From a virus (taxonomy: Duplodnaviria > Caudoviricetes): a stretch of 57,886 bases of DNA. Below are positions 19,044-27,526 of this stretch, in pieces. Below the pieces are notes generated by a model. It was not told the DNA's origin and did no database searches. It worked only from the letters and a program-made list of their open reading frames with translations. The position numbers and the translations under genes are program-made. How positions within the stretch are numbered: position 1 is the first letter of the stretch; each line of letters opens with the position of its first letter. The stretch is taken from the IMG/VR virus record IMGVR_UViG_3300045973_000815, positions 1 to 57,886 of that record; one strand, given 5' to 3'.

Positions 19044-20462
19044 TCAGACGTCAGAGGCCAGGTCCATCGGGTCGGGTGAGGTCGGCGTGGGGTGGATCGC
19101 CACGTCGTCTGCCTCATCCTGCGCCTCGACCTCAGCGCGCAGCTGCTTCAGTACCGCGTCGATGGCGTCGAGTCCTCGCGTGCCTCCACCGCGCGTGCGC
19201 ATGAGTTCCACCAGCGTGTCCCAGGTCTCGATGTCGGCAGCCTCTTCGCGCGCCTGCAGGTCGTTCCACATGCGCGTGAGGCGCTCGAATGCCTCGTCTC
19301 CAGTCATCGCTTCCCCCACGAGAAGCGGCCGCAGCGGCAGCAGTCGCCAGCAATGGCGCGCGCAGGGAGCACGTGGCCGACGATGCGGCACCAGATGGAC
19401 TTCAGGGCGTTCATGCCTCCTCCGTAGCGCGGCGAGCAATCCAGCACGGGCAGTCGGGGTTGCTGAGGTAGCGGTAGGCGGCGTCTGCGGCTTCAGCCCG
19501 GGTCTGGTGGATGGAGTCGATGCACTCGCCGTCCAGGCTGACGACCCAGCCGACCTCGTACCGCATCGGGGCGATGATGGCCGCGCGGTCGCCGACCTCG
19601 ATGCGCTCAGCCTTCGCACGCTGGGCGACGGGCGGCGGCGCGGTCGGGAGCGGGTCGCGCTTCACTTGGCACCACCCTTCGCCGTCGCAATCGCGTGGCA
19701 GACGAAGCAGTGGCCATCCGGCTCGTTGGGTCCGCAACTGCCCTTGTCCTGGCACCCCACCCGCTCGAGTGCGGCCAGCATCTCCGGGGCTGCGGCGAGC
19801 AGGTGCGCGTAGACATCGCCAAACGGCATCCCTCCGGTGATCCACGCGACCGACTGAATGCCGTACCCTACGCCAATTGACACCTGCGACTTGACCGTCA
19901 CCACCTTGGGGTGGCGCACCACCTTCAGCGAGCCAGGCATCTTCATGACCGCACCGCCTTCGCGGCCTTCGCCAGCACCAGCATCGCGTCCGCCACCCGC
20001 TCGAGCGCCGCCGCGTACTTCTCCGCCTGGGCCTCGACTGCTGCCACCGCCGCTTCTGCCGTCGTCATGTGCGTTCTCCGTGGTTCAGGTTTGCGTCCCG
20101 CACCGCCTCAAGCCCGCCCCTTGCGAGGGCGGGCCGGTGCGGCGCGCGGTTGCTCAGACTGCCTGCATCACCTCATCGAACCGCACGGCATCCTCGGCGG
20201 GCATCGCAGCGGCGGAGGCGATCCAGTAGGTGTAGCCATCGCCCCCGCTGCGCGACTCGTAGGCAAGCATCACACCTCGAGCGAGCATTGCGATCTCGTG
20301 ACGGGTCTGCCCGCCGATGCCCTTCACCAGTGCGCCGGCCGAGTCGTAGAGGCGGGTCTTGAACTTCATCTGCCCATTGAAGTTGCGCTCCAGGCGCTCA
20401 ACGAAGCTGCCACCAGCGGCGAGGGTGCGGAGGGCTTCGACTGCTCGGTTCGAGATCTTCAT
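19044..20462 (-). other. Leftward cluster of small CDS (19044-19307, 19411-19665, 19662-19946, 19943-20068, 20154-20462)
   Basis: Coupled starts and stops; 19662-19946 has LLAAAPEMLAALE; GGAGA RBS at 20068 and 20462. Confidence 0.6.
20098..20142. terminator. Strong intergenic hairpin (terminator or processing site)
   Basis: CCGCACCG/CGGTGCGG plus GCCCGCCC/GGGCGGGC stems; no clear U tract. Confidence 0.45.
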
Positions 20463-20595
20463 GTGCGTTCTCCGGGTGCTGCGTTGCGTGGCGTTTGCTG
20501 CGCCACGCCTATTACTTGGCACCGTTTGGGGCGGTCTGCAAGGAAACTAGTTCAGTTTCAATTAGACCACCCGGGCGCCACGTTGTTTCGCGCGG

Positions 20596-21852
20596 TTATG
20601 CGCGGACCAACTCGGACTTCCGGCCCGTGAAGGCCTCCCACCGCGCGATGGTGCGCCCGACGTAGACGGGGTCGAGCTCGATGACGCGCGCCTTCCTCCC
20701 CAGGCGCTCGCAGGCCATCAGCGTGGTGCCGCTGCCGCTGAACGGGTCGAAGACCGTGTGGCCGCGCGCGGTCGAGTTGAGGAGCATGGCCTCGACCAAC
20801 TCCACGGGCTTCATCGTCGGGTGGTCATCGCTCCTCTTGGGCTTCGGGAACGAGAACACCGACACCTGCGAGTCGTCACCGTACCAGCCCTTGCCGCCCC
20901 GCCCGATGCGCCCCTCGCCAGGCTTCATCGCGTAGAGAATCGGCTCGTGCTGGAAGTGGTAGTCACTGTGCCCCAGCACCAGCGAGTCCTTGGCCCACAC
21001 GAGGTTTTGCTTGATGCGGAACCCAGCTGCGCGAATCGCATCGATGAAGATCGCGGCATGCCCACCCGCCGGGTGGGCAGCGTAGATGTGGCCGCCCGGC
21101 TTCAGCACGCGGAAGCACTGGGCGAAGGCAGCTGCGAGGAGCGGCGCCAGCTGGTCCTTCCCGTCGTTGTTCACCTTCCCCGCTGCCGACTCATAGCTGA
21201 CGCCATATGGCGGGTCCGTCCAGACGAGGTCAATTCCCCCCCCCAGCAGCACTCGTGCCACCGACTCATCCTTGGTCGAGTCCGCGCATAGGAGTGTGTG
21301 GTCTCCGAGGCGGTACATCGCGCCAGTCGGGACCGCGTCTCCATCCGGAAGCGAGTCAATCTCCGCGAGGCCTTCAGCCGGCTTCGCCAACTCGTTCAGG
21401 ATTCGATCAACGTCGTCCCCATCGAACCCGGTGCCCAGCAGCGCGTCAGGCCCACCATCCGAAGCGATGGACACCAGCAACTGGTTCAACGCGTCGTCGT
21501 CCCACCCGCCGACCTCGACGAGCCGGTTGGACGCGACCAGGTAGGCCTTCGCGTCGGCGTCGTCCTTCGATGCCCACCCGTGGAGGACGGGCACCAGCCA
21601 CTCGCCATCGGCATCCTGCTTCAGGCCCTTCGGCAACCCAGCGCCGTCCTTCTTGAGGGCCGCCAGCGCCTCGATGCGGCCGTGCCCTGCCACCAGCTTC
21701 CCGGTGCGCTCGTCGACCGCCGGGAGTTCGACGAAGCCCCGCTTGCGGATGCTGGTGACGATCTCCCCCAGGTCGTGCTGCTTCGGATTCACGTCAGCGC
21801 GTCGGACGTCAGCCAGGCGCGTGTACTCAATGCGGCGTGGGTCATCGGTCAT
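20596..21852 (-). CDS. ParB-N domain fused to an N6/N4 DNA methyltransferase
   Basis: NPKQH, VAGHGRIEAL; TDPPYG, HPTMKPVELV, DPFSGSGTT. Confidence 0.92.
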   Translation of the reverse strand: MTDDPRRIEYTRLADVRRADVNPKQHDLGEIVTSIRKRGFVELPAVDERTGKLVAGHGRIEALAALKKDGAGLPKGLKQDADGEWLVPVLHGWASKDDADAKAYLVASNRLVEVGGWDDDALNQLLVSIASDGGPDALLGTGFDGDDVDRILNELAKPAEGLAEIDSLPDGDAVPTGAMYRLGDHTLLCADSTKDESVARVLLGGGIDLVWTDPPYGVSYESAAGKVNNDGKDQLAPLLAAAFAQCFRVLKPGGHIYAAHPAGGHAAIFIDAIRAAGFRIKQNLVWAKDSLVLGHSDYHFQHEPILYAMKPGEGRIGRGGKGWYGDDSQVSVFSFPKPKRSDDHPTMKPVELVEAMLLNSTARGHTVFDPFSGSGTTLMACERLGRKARVIELDPVYVGRTIARWEAFTGRKSELVRA

Positions 21853-21872
21853 GGCGGGCACCGTACCGAGGA

Positions 21873-21888
21873 GTGCACGCGTTTGCAC
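21873..21888. promoter_or_regulatory. 16-bp palindromic site between divergent MTase and terS
   Basis: GTGCACGCGTTTGCAC. Confidence 0.75.
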
Positions 21889-21907
21889 TGCGGGCTACAA
21901 CGGAGGC

Positions 21908-22462
21908 ATGCCTGCAGGACGACCACCGAAGTTGACGCCTCAACTCCAGAAGGCCTTTTGCGCGCAGCTGGTGAGCGGCTGCACGTACGAGACGGCCGCT
22001 GCCGCCATTGAGGTCAGCAAGAGCGCCATCACTCAGTGGATGGCCAAAGGACGCACGCAAGAGCGCGGAAAATATGCTGATTTTCTGCGCGCAGTCGAAA
22101 AGGCCCGTGCCGAAGTAGTTCAGCGGTTGCTGGCGCGCGCGCAGAAGCGAGTCATGTCGCGAAAGGAGGGCGGCATCGATGCAGACCCGCTGCCCTTGCT
22201 GGCCATCCTCGATCGCTCGTATGCCCCACAAGTTCGCATTCAGGTGGCGACGGAGTTGAGTGCGACGTTGGACCGACTGGAAGCGGAGTTCGCGAATGAG
22301 CCTGAGATCTACGAGCGCATCCTCGCCGCCATCGCTGAAGAGACTGGCCCGGGAGCGGTTGCGCCAGCGTCGCGAGCGCGCACTCACGAAGACGCTCGAG
22401 GTGGTGCGGCCGTGGGCGCCAGAGACGCCGTCGGAGCGACAGAGGACCTTCCTCAGCCTTGA
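21908..22462 (+). CDS. terS: Terminase small subunit
   Basis: MPAGRPPKLTP plus HTH; directly upstream of terL. Confidence 0.8.
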   Translation: MPAGRPPKLTPQLQKAFCAQLVSGCTYETAAAAIEVSKSAITQWMAKGRTQERGKYADFLRAVEKARAEVVQRLLARAQKRVMSRKEGGIDADPLPLLAILDRSYAPQVRIQVATELSATLDRLEAEFANEPEIYERILAAIAEETGPGAVAPASRARTHEDARGGAAVGARDAVGATEDLPQP

Positions 22463-24737
22463 CGCGGAGGAGGTCTTCTTCGGCGGCGCAGCTGGTGGCG
22501 GCAAGTCGAGCGCGCTGTTGCTGGCTGCACTGCAGTACGTCGACGTGCCTGGGTACAGCGCGGGCCTCTTCCGACTGACGAAGTCGGACATGCTGAAGCC
22601 CGACGCGATTCTGGCGCGAGCCAACGCGTGGTTCTCTGGGACGCGCGCGTGGTGGGACGCGGCAGAGCACGCGTGGAAGTTTCCGACAAAGGGCGCGCCT
22701 GCCACCATCCACTTTGGGTACGCCACGTCGCTGGCGGAAGTGACGAAGCGCTACCAGGGCGCGGCCTTCCAATTTTGCGTGGCTACTGGAACGCCGGTGT
22801 TGATGGCGGACAGGACGTGGAAGGCGATCGAGTCCATTGCAGTCGGAGAGTTCGTCTCGACTCTTGAAGGACCTCGACGAGTCCAGCAGTCCTATGCGCT
22901 TGGGGTGAAGCCCGTCGTGCGCGTCACGGGCCCAGTTGGGTCATCGACGGTGAGCGCATCGCACAGGCTTCTTTGTACGAGCGGTGACTGGGCGTCCCCT
23001 TTGGACCTGCGACCCATTGAATCGAGTTCCGCACGCAGCACTCATGAATCGCCCACGCACTCATGCCGAGTACCAGCCCAGATTCCTCCTGGGTCATCGA
23101 TGGGTCTGCCGCCAGTTGGCGAATCTTGGCGAGCACATCGGCCGGAACCTCAGCACCAGGACTGCGACGCTTCTTCAGCAGGTGCTCGAACCGATTCCGA
23201 AGCGTCATGTGGTGAACACCAAGAAACTTCGCTGCCTGAAGCGTGGTTCGCCCATCTAGAGCTCTTCGGACCTGCTCTTCGGTCAGCGGCACAGCGCAGT
23301 TGCGACGAGTATCATCGGCATGCTCTCGCCCGTGGTCCGATAGGGAAGCAAGCAACTCGAGATTCGCAGGGCGGTTGTTTCTGCGATTGCGGTTGCGGTG
23401 ATGAACTATCTCGTGAGGCTCCAGTAGCCGCCCAATCAAGCACTCCATCACCAGCCGATGTTGCTTCACGCCTCCCCATGCATTCGCCATCGGGTGATCC
23501 GGCGAGTACTCAATCACGTACCCGCCAGGGCCAATGCACGCCGATCCACCCCTACACGTCCAGGGAACTCCTGTGCTGCGAGGAGCACCACTCGCACGTC
23601 TGCGAAATGGTCCCAGCGGGTGAGGTGGAAGTCTTCGATCTACGGGTCGAAGGGGCGTCGCATTACGTGACATGGGGAGGGTTCATATCATCCAACTGTG
23701 GCATCGATGAGGTTGGCAGTTGGCAGGAGGCGCCCTACCGCTTCCTCTTCTCGCGACTGCGCCGGCCGCAGGGCATGCCCGTGCCGGTGCGCATGCGTTC
23801 CTCGGGCAACCCGGGCGGTGCAGGGCACCAGTGGGTGAAGCGGCGCTTCGTCGAGTACGCCAAACACGTCGATGCGGGTACGGACGCGCGCGAAGACATC
23901 AAGGCCGCACGTTTCCAGAGGCGGCCGCTACCGGAGCCACCAGTCTACGCTTCGGCGCCCTCGGCGGAGGCTGCAGACGCAGCGCGCTCCATCAACCGCG
24001 AGGCCCAACCCTCATACTTCGTCCCCAGCTTCAAGGAGGACAACGTCGGCCTCGACGTCGACGCGTACGCGATGCAGTTGGCGCGGCTGGACCCCGTCAC
24101 GCGCAAGCAGCTGGACGAAGGCGACTGGGACGCCGCGCACGGCGGCAACTACTTCCAGGCGGGGTGGTTCTCCAACTCCATCGTCGACGTGCCACCCACG
24201 GGGCTGCGCTGGGTGCGTAGCTGGGACTTCGCGGCGACTGAGGAGGAGCCAGGGAAGGACCCCGACTGGACGGTGGGCGCGAAGTGCGCGGTCGAGCGCC
24301 TGGCCGACGGAGAGAAGCGCTTCTGGGTTGCGGACATCGTGCGCTTCCGCAAGGAGCCCGGCGCCACGGAGCGCGAGGTGAAGACGACGGCCGTCCTCGA
24401 TGGGAAGCGCGTCACGGTGTTGATGGAGCAAGAGCCAGGCAGCGCGGGCAAGACGGTGGTGCACGGCATCAAGACGCGCGTCCTCTTCGGGTGGAGCGTG
24501 ACGGGCATGCGCAAGACGGGGCCAAAGGAGTCCTACTGGAAGCCCCTCGCGGCGCCGGCCGAGGCGGGCAACGTGTGCCTCGTGCGCGGGGCTTGGAATG
24601 AGGACTTCATTCGGGAACTGAAGGACCTCCCAGGGGCGCATGATGACCAGGCGGACGCCGTCGCGCAGGCCTTCGCGCACCTCACCGATGAGAAGGCGGC
24701 ACAAGTCGACCGACTGCGGGCGACAGCGAAACTCTGA
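22296..24737 (+). CDS. terL: Terminase large subunit, intein-containing (start uncertain)
   Basis: FGGAAGGGKS Walker A; spliced Walker B FQF|CGIDE; SSGNPGG; nuclease SWDFAAT, DPDWTVG, EQEPGSAGK, HDDQADA. Confidence 0.95.
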   Translation: MSLRSTSASSPPSLKRLARERLRQRRERALTKTLEVVRPWAPETPSERQRTFLSLDAEEVFFGGAAGGGKSSALLLAALQYVDVPGYSAGLFRLTKSDMLKPDAILARANAWFSGTRAWWDAAEHAWKFPTKGAPATIHFGYATSLAEVTKRYQGAAFQFCVATGTPVLMADRTWKAIESIAVGEFVSTLEGPRRVQQSYALGVKPVVRVTGPVGSSTVSASHRLLCTSGDWASPLDLRPIESSSARSTHESPTHSCRVPAQIPPGSSMGLPPVGESWRAHRPEPQHQDCDASSAGARTDSEASCGEHQETSLPEAWFAHLELFGPALRSAAQRSCDEYHRHALARGPIGKQATRDSQGGCFCDCGCGDELSREAPVAAQSSTPSPADVASRLPMHSPSGDPASTQSRTRQGQCTPIHPYTSRELLCCEEHHSHVCEMVPAGEVEVFDLRVEGASHYVTWGGFISSNCGIDEVGSWQEAPYRFLFSRLRRPQGMPVPVRMRSSGNPGGAGHQWVKRRFVEYAKHVDAGTDAREDIKAARFQRRPLPEPPVYASAPSAEAADAARSINREAQPSYFVPSFKEDNVGLDVDAYAMQLARLDPVTRKQLDEGDWDAAHGGNYFQAGWFSNSIVDVPPTGLRWVRSWDFAATEEEPGKDPDWTVGAKCAVERLADGEKRFWVADIVRFRKEPGATEREVKTTAVLDGKRVTVLMEQEPGSAGKTVVHGIKTRVLFGWSVTGMRKTGPKESYWKPLAAPAEAGNVCLVRGAWNEDFIRELKDLPGAHDDQADAVAQAFAHLTDEKAAQVDRLRATAKL
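22776..23696 (+). mobile_element. Intein (307 aa) in terL
   Basis: Block A CVATGTPVLMAD; block B VSASHRLL; block F/G VFDLRVEGASHYVTWGGFISSN followed by Cys+1. Confidence 0.9.
22924..23673 (-). CDS. HNH homing endonuclease with C-terminal HTHs, antisense inside the intein
   Basis: GYVIEYSPDHPMA...QHRLVMECLIGRLLEPHEIVHHRNRNRRNNRPANLELL...DHGREH; HTH TLQAAKFLGVHHMTL. Confidence 0.88.
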   Translation of the reverse strand: MSRNATPLRPVDRRLPPHPLGPFRRRASGAPRSTGVPWTCRGGSACIGPGGYVIEYSPDHPMANAWGGVKQHRLVMECLIGRLLEPHEIVHHRNRNRRNNRPANLELLASLSDHGREHADDTRRNCAVPLTEEQVRRALDGRTTLQAAKFLGVHHMTLRNRFEHLLKKRRSPGAEVPADVLAKIRQLAADPSMTQEESGLVLGMSAWAIHECCVRNSIQWVAGPKGTPSHRSYKEACAMRSPSMTQLGP

Positions 24738-24754
24738 CGCTGTACCTTGTCGGC

Positions 24755-26302
24755 ATGGCGAAGAAGAGGAAGTCCGCGACGCGCACCGACGGCTGGAAGA
24801 ACATCTACACGGGCCTTGGGGGCTCGAGGGACAAGCGCCTCGGCGGAAGCTTCACCTCCGACCGCCTGGACGAGACGACGTGCGAGGATCTCTGGCTCGG
24901 TGACGACATCTGCGCGCGCATCATCGAGGCGCAGCCAGAGGCCGAGTTGCGCCAGGGCTTCGAGTTGGTTGTCTCCGACGCCAGCCCCTCGCCCAAGCCT
25001 GGGCCTCCAGACAGGACGGACAAGGGCGAGGACAAGTCCATCAAGGCGCCTGCACCAGTCGCCGAAGAGGCGGGCGACATGGGCGAGGGCGAAGGCGCGG
25101 AGCTCGCCCAGAAGCTGATGGCCTACTTCGACGACAGAGACGCCACCGCATGCCTTCAGCAGGCGCGGCAGTTCGGGCGCGCGTATGGAGGCGGGGCCAT
25201 CCTCCTCGGTGCGCAGGATGGGCAGTCATTCGATCAGCCGCTGAATGAGGCCGCCATCAAAACGTGCCCCTGGCTGAAGGTGTTGCGCCCGCGCGAGTGC
25301 ATCCCCTCGCGGTACTACCGCACGCCGAAGTCTCCGAAGTTCGGCGAGGTGTCGCACTACCGCGTGCACCGCGACACGCTGGGCGGTGGCTCCTCCGAGG
25401 TGCTCGAGGTGCACGAGTCCCGCCTCATCCCCTTCTATGGCGTCGTCGTTTCGACTCGTCAGCGCGCCGCACGCAACAGCTGGGGCGACTCGGTGCTGGT
25501 GCGCGTCGTCGAAAAGGTGTCGGACTTCCAGGCATCCTTTCAGGCGGCTGGCGTGCTGGTGCAGGACTTCGCGCAGGCCGTCTTCAAGATGGCGGGGCTT
25601 GCCGAGATGCTGGCTCAGGGTGACGACGGCGACGCCATTGTCACCGCGCGCGCCCAATCCATCGACATGTCGCGCAGCGTCGCGCGTGCCCTCCTCATCG
25701 ACAAGGACGAGGAATTCAAGCGCGAGGCCACGCCAGTCTCTGGCCTGCCTGAGTTGCTGGATCGCCTGTGCAACCGCCTGGCAGCGGCCGCACGCATGCC
25801 CGTCACGGTGATGATGGGCCAGTCGCCCGCAGGATTCAACGCGACGGGCAGCGCCGACATCCGCAACTGGTACGACCAAATCGCAGGCGACAGGACGCGC
25901 CAGTTGCTGCCGCGCCACAACCGCCTCCTTCGCATCCTGATGCTGGCGGCAGACTCACCCACGCGCGGGCGAGAGCCAAAGCGCTGGAGCATCAAGTACC
26001 CTCCCCTCTGGCAGATGACGGAGGCAGAGCAAGCCGAGCTGCGCGGCAAGGTGGCCACCGCTGACGTCGCGTACATCAACGCGGGCGTCCTGCTGCCTGA
26101 GGAGGTAGCTGTCGCTCGCTTCGGTGGTGACGCCTGGACGATGGAGACGCAGTTGGACACGAAGGCGCGCGCCGTCGCGGAGAAGGAAGCGAAGCAGGCC
26201 CAGCAGGCGATGGAGGCGCAGATGCAGCAGGCGCTCGTCGACCCGAACGAGCCTGTGGACCCGAAGGCCCCGCCTGTGCCCACCAAGGAGCCGACGAAGT
26301 GA
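24755..26302 (+). CDS. Portal protein (DUF1073-like)
   Basis: RTDGWKNIYTGLG, RAYGGGAI, VHESRLI, PVTVMMGQSPAGFNATG; follows terL. Confidence 0.9.
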   Translation: MAKKRKSATRTDGWKNIYTGLGGSRDKRLGGSFTSDRLDETTCEDLWLGDDICARIIEAQPEAELRQGFELVVSDASPSPKPGPPDRTDKGEDKSIKAPAPVAEEAGDMGEGEGAELAQKLMAYFDDRDATACLQQARQFGRAYGGGAILLGAQDGQSFDQPLNEAAIKTCPWLKVLRPRECIPSRYYRTPKSPKFGEVSHYRVHRDTLGGGSSEVLEVHESRLIPFYGVVVSTRQRAARNSWGDSVLVRVVEKVSDFQASFQAAGVLVQDFAQAVFKMAGLAEMLAQGDDGDAIVTARAQSIDMSRSVARALLIDKDEEFKREATPVSGLPELLDRLCNRLAAAARMPVTVMMGQSPAGFNATGSADIRNWYDQIAGDRTRQLLPRHNRLLRILMLAADSPTRGREPKRWSIKYPPLWQMTEAEQAELRGKVATADVAYINAGVLLPEEVAVARFGGDAWTMETQLDTKARAVAEKEAKQAQQAMEAQMQQALVDPNEPVDPKAPPVPTKEPTK

Positions 26303-26535
26303 AGCCCAAGGTAGAGCGCCTCGACGAGGGCTTTCTTGAGCGCGTGCAGTTGCGACGCGCAGCGGAGCCATTCCTTGACCTCGAAGGCCTCGCGCGCTCG
26401 CTGGGCGTCGCCCTGCGCGGGGAGTGCACCACTCCGCAGAGGCGCCGCCACACCGGGCCTGACACCTGCCCCCTGTGCAGCCTCCCCATGCCTCGCTCGA
26501 CGGGCGCGCTGGTGTGCGGGCGGGCACACCCATGA
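26299..26535 (+). CDS. Small Zn-finger-like protein
   Basis: CPLC...C..H; coupled to both neighbours. Confidence 0.5.
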   Translation: MKPKVERLDEGFLERVQLRRAAEPFLDLEGLARSLGVALRGECTTPQRRRHTGPDTCPLCSLPMPRSTGALVCGRAHP

Positions 26536-27368
26536 AGCAACTCATCGCCAGTCGGCGCGCCTACATGAAGCTGATGACGGGCCGCAATCCGCGCCGTCGT
26601 CCCATGCCGCGCGCCATCCCTCCCAAGGCTGTCGTAACCGCGTACACGCGCGTGATGCTGGACCTGGTGGCCGTCATGCGCGCAGTGACAGCGAGGGAGC
26701 TCTACCCGAAGCTGCGCCAGCATCTCGCCCACGCGCGAGACTTGAGGGGCCGCACTGACGCCGTCGACGATGACGTGGCGCTGGTGAAGGCCACCCTCGC
26801 GCGCGGCGCCTTCGAGAAGGGCAACCTCAAGGCCATCGTGAAGCCGATGGGGCGCCGCACGGCAGACTGGCAGAAGGCCCAGCTCGAGCGGCAGCTACGC
26901 GCGTCGGTGGGCATCGACATTCCGGTGAGGGACCCACGACTGGTGGATCGCATCGAAGCCTTCACTGCTGAGAACGTGGCCCTCATCACGTCCATCCCCG
27001 AAGAGGCGCTCGGCCAGGTGCAGAAAGTCGTCATGCGCGGCATGTCTGCAGGCGACAGGTGGGAGGACATCGCCGACGCCATCGAGAAGCGCTTCGGCGT
27101 CAGCGAGTCACGGGCTGCCCTCATCGCCAGGGATCAGGTCGGGCGCTTCTATTCCGCGCTGAACGAGGTGCGTCAACGAGATCTAGGACTGACGCACTTC
27201 TTCTGGCGCGTCGCGCTCGATGAGCGCCTGTGCGCAATCTGCGCCCCACTCGACGGCAAGCGGTTCTCGTGGGACAAGCCACCAGCAGATGGTGGGCCTG
27301 GGGAGATTCATCCTCAGTGTCGCTGTTCTGCAGATCCGGACGTCGAAGGAATGCTCGCCGAGCTTTGA
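26532..27368 (+). CDS. Head morphogenesis protein (Mu gpF/SPP1 gp7 family)
   Basis: RAALIARDQVG, W....DERLC..C..LDGKRFSW, HPQCRC. Confidence 0.9.
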   Translation: MKQLIASRRAYMKLMTGRNPRRRPMPRAIPPKAVVTAYTRVMLDLVAVMRAVTARELYPKLRQHLAHARDLRGRTDAVDDDVALVKATLARGAFEKGNLKAIVKPMGRRTADWQKAQLERQLRASVGIDIPVRDPRLVDRIEAFTAENVALITSIPEEALGQVQKVVMRGMSAGDRWEDIADAIEKRFGVSESRAALIARDQVGRFYSALNEVRQRDLGLTHFFWRVALDERLCAICAPLDGKRFSWDKPPADGGPGEIHPQCRCSADPDVEGMLAEL

Positions 27369-27493
27369 ATGTCTCCGTCACGCCCCCCAGCCGCAGGTGG
27401 GGCAAAACAGCGGCAGCGCAGGCCCCCGTCAAGACGTACCCTCCCGGGCGGTGACTGCGCCGAGTGGCTCACGAGACGAGCCGTTCGCATCTA

Positions 27494-27509
27494 GTGCAAA
27501 CGCTTGCAC
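27494..27509. promoter_or_regulatory. 16-bp palindromic site upstream of the protease/scaffold gene
   Basis: GTGCAAACGCTTGCAC. Confidence 0.75.
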
Positions 27510-27526
27510 TCGGGCACCTTCGCAAC

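Noticed and set aside
24755-26302. Anti-CBASS Acb1 label sometimes attached to this portal family
   Set aside because: No C-terminal 2H phosphoesterase (HxT/S pair) domain is visible; length and position fit a plain portal.
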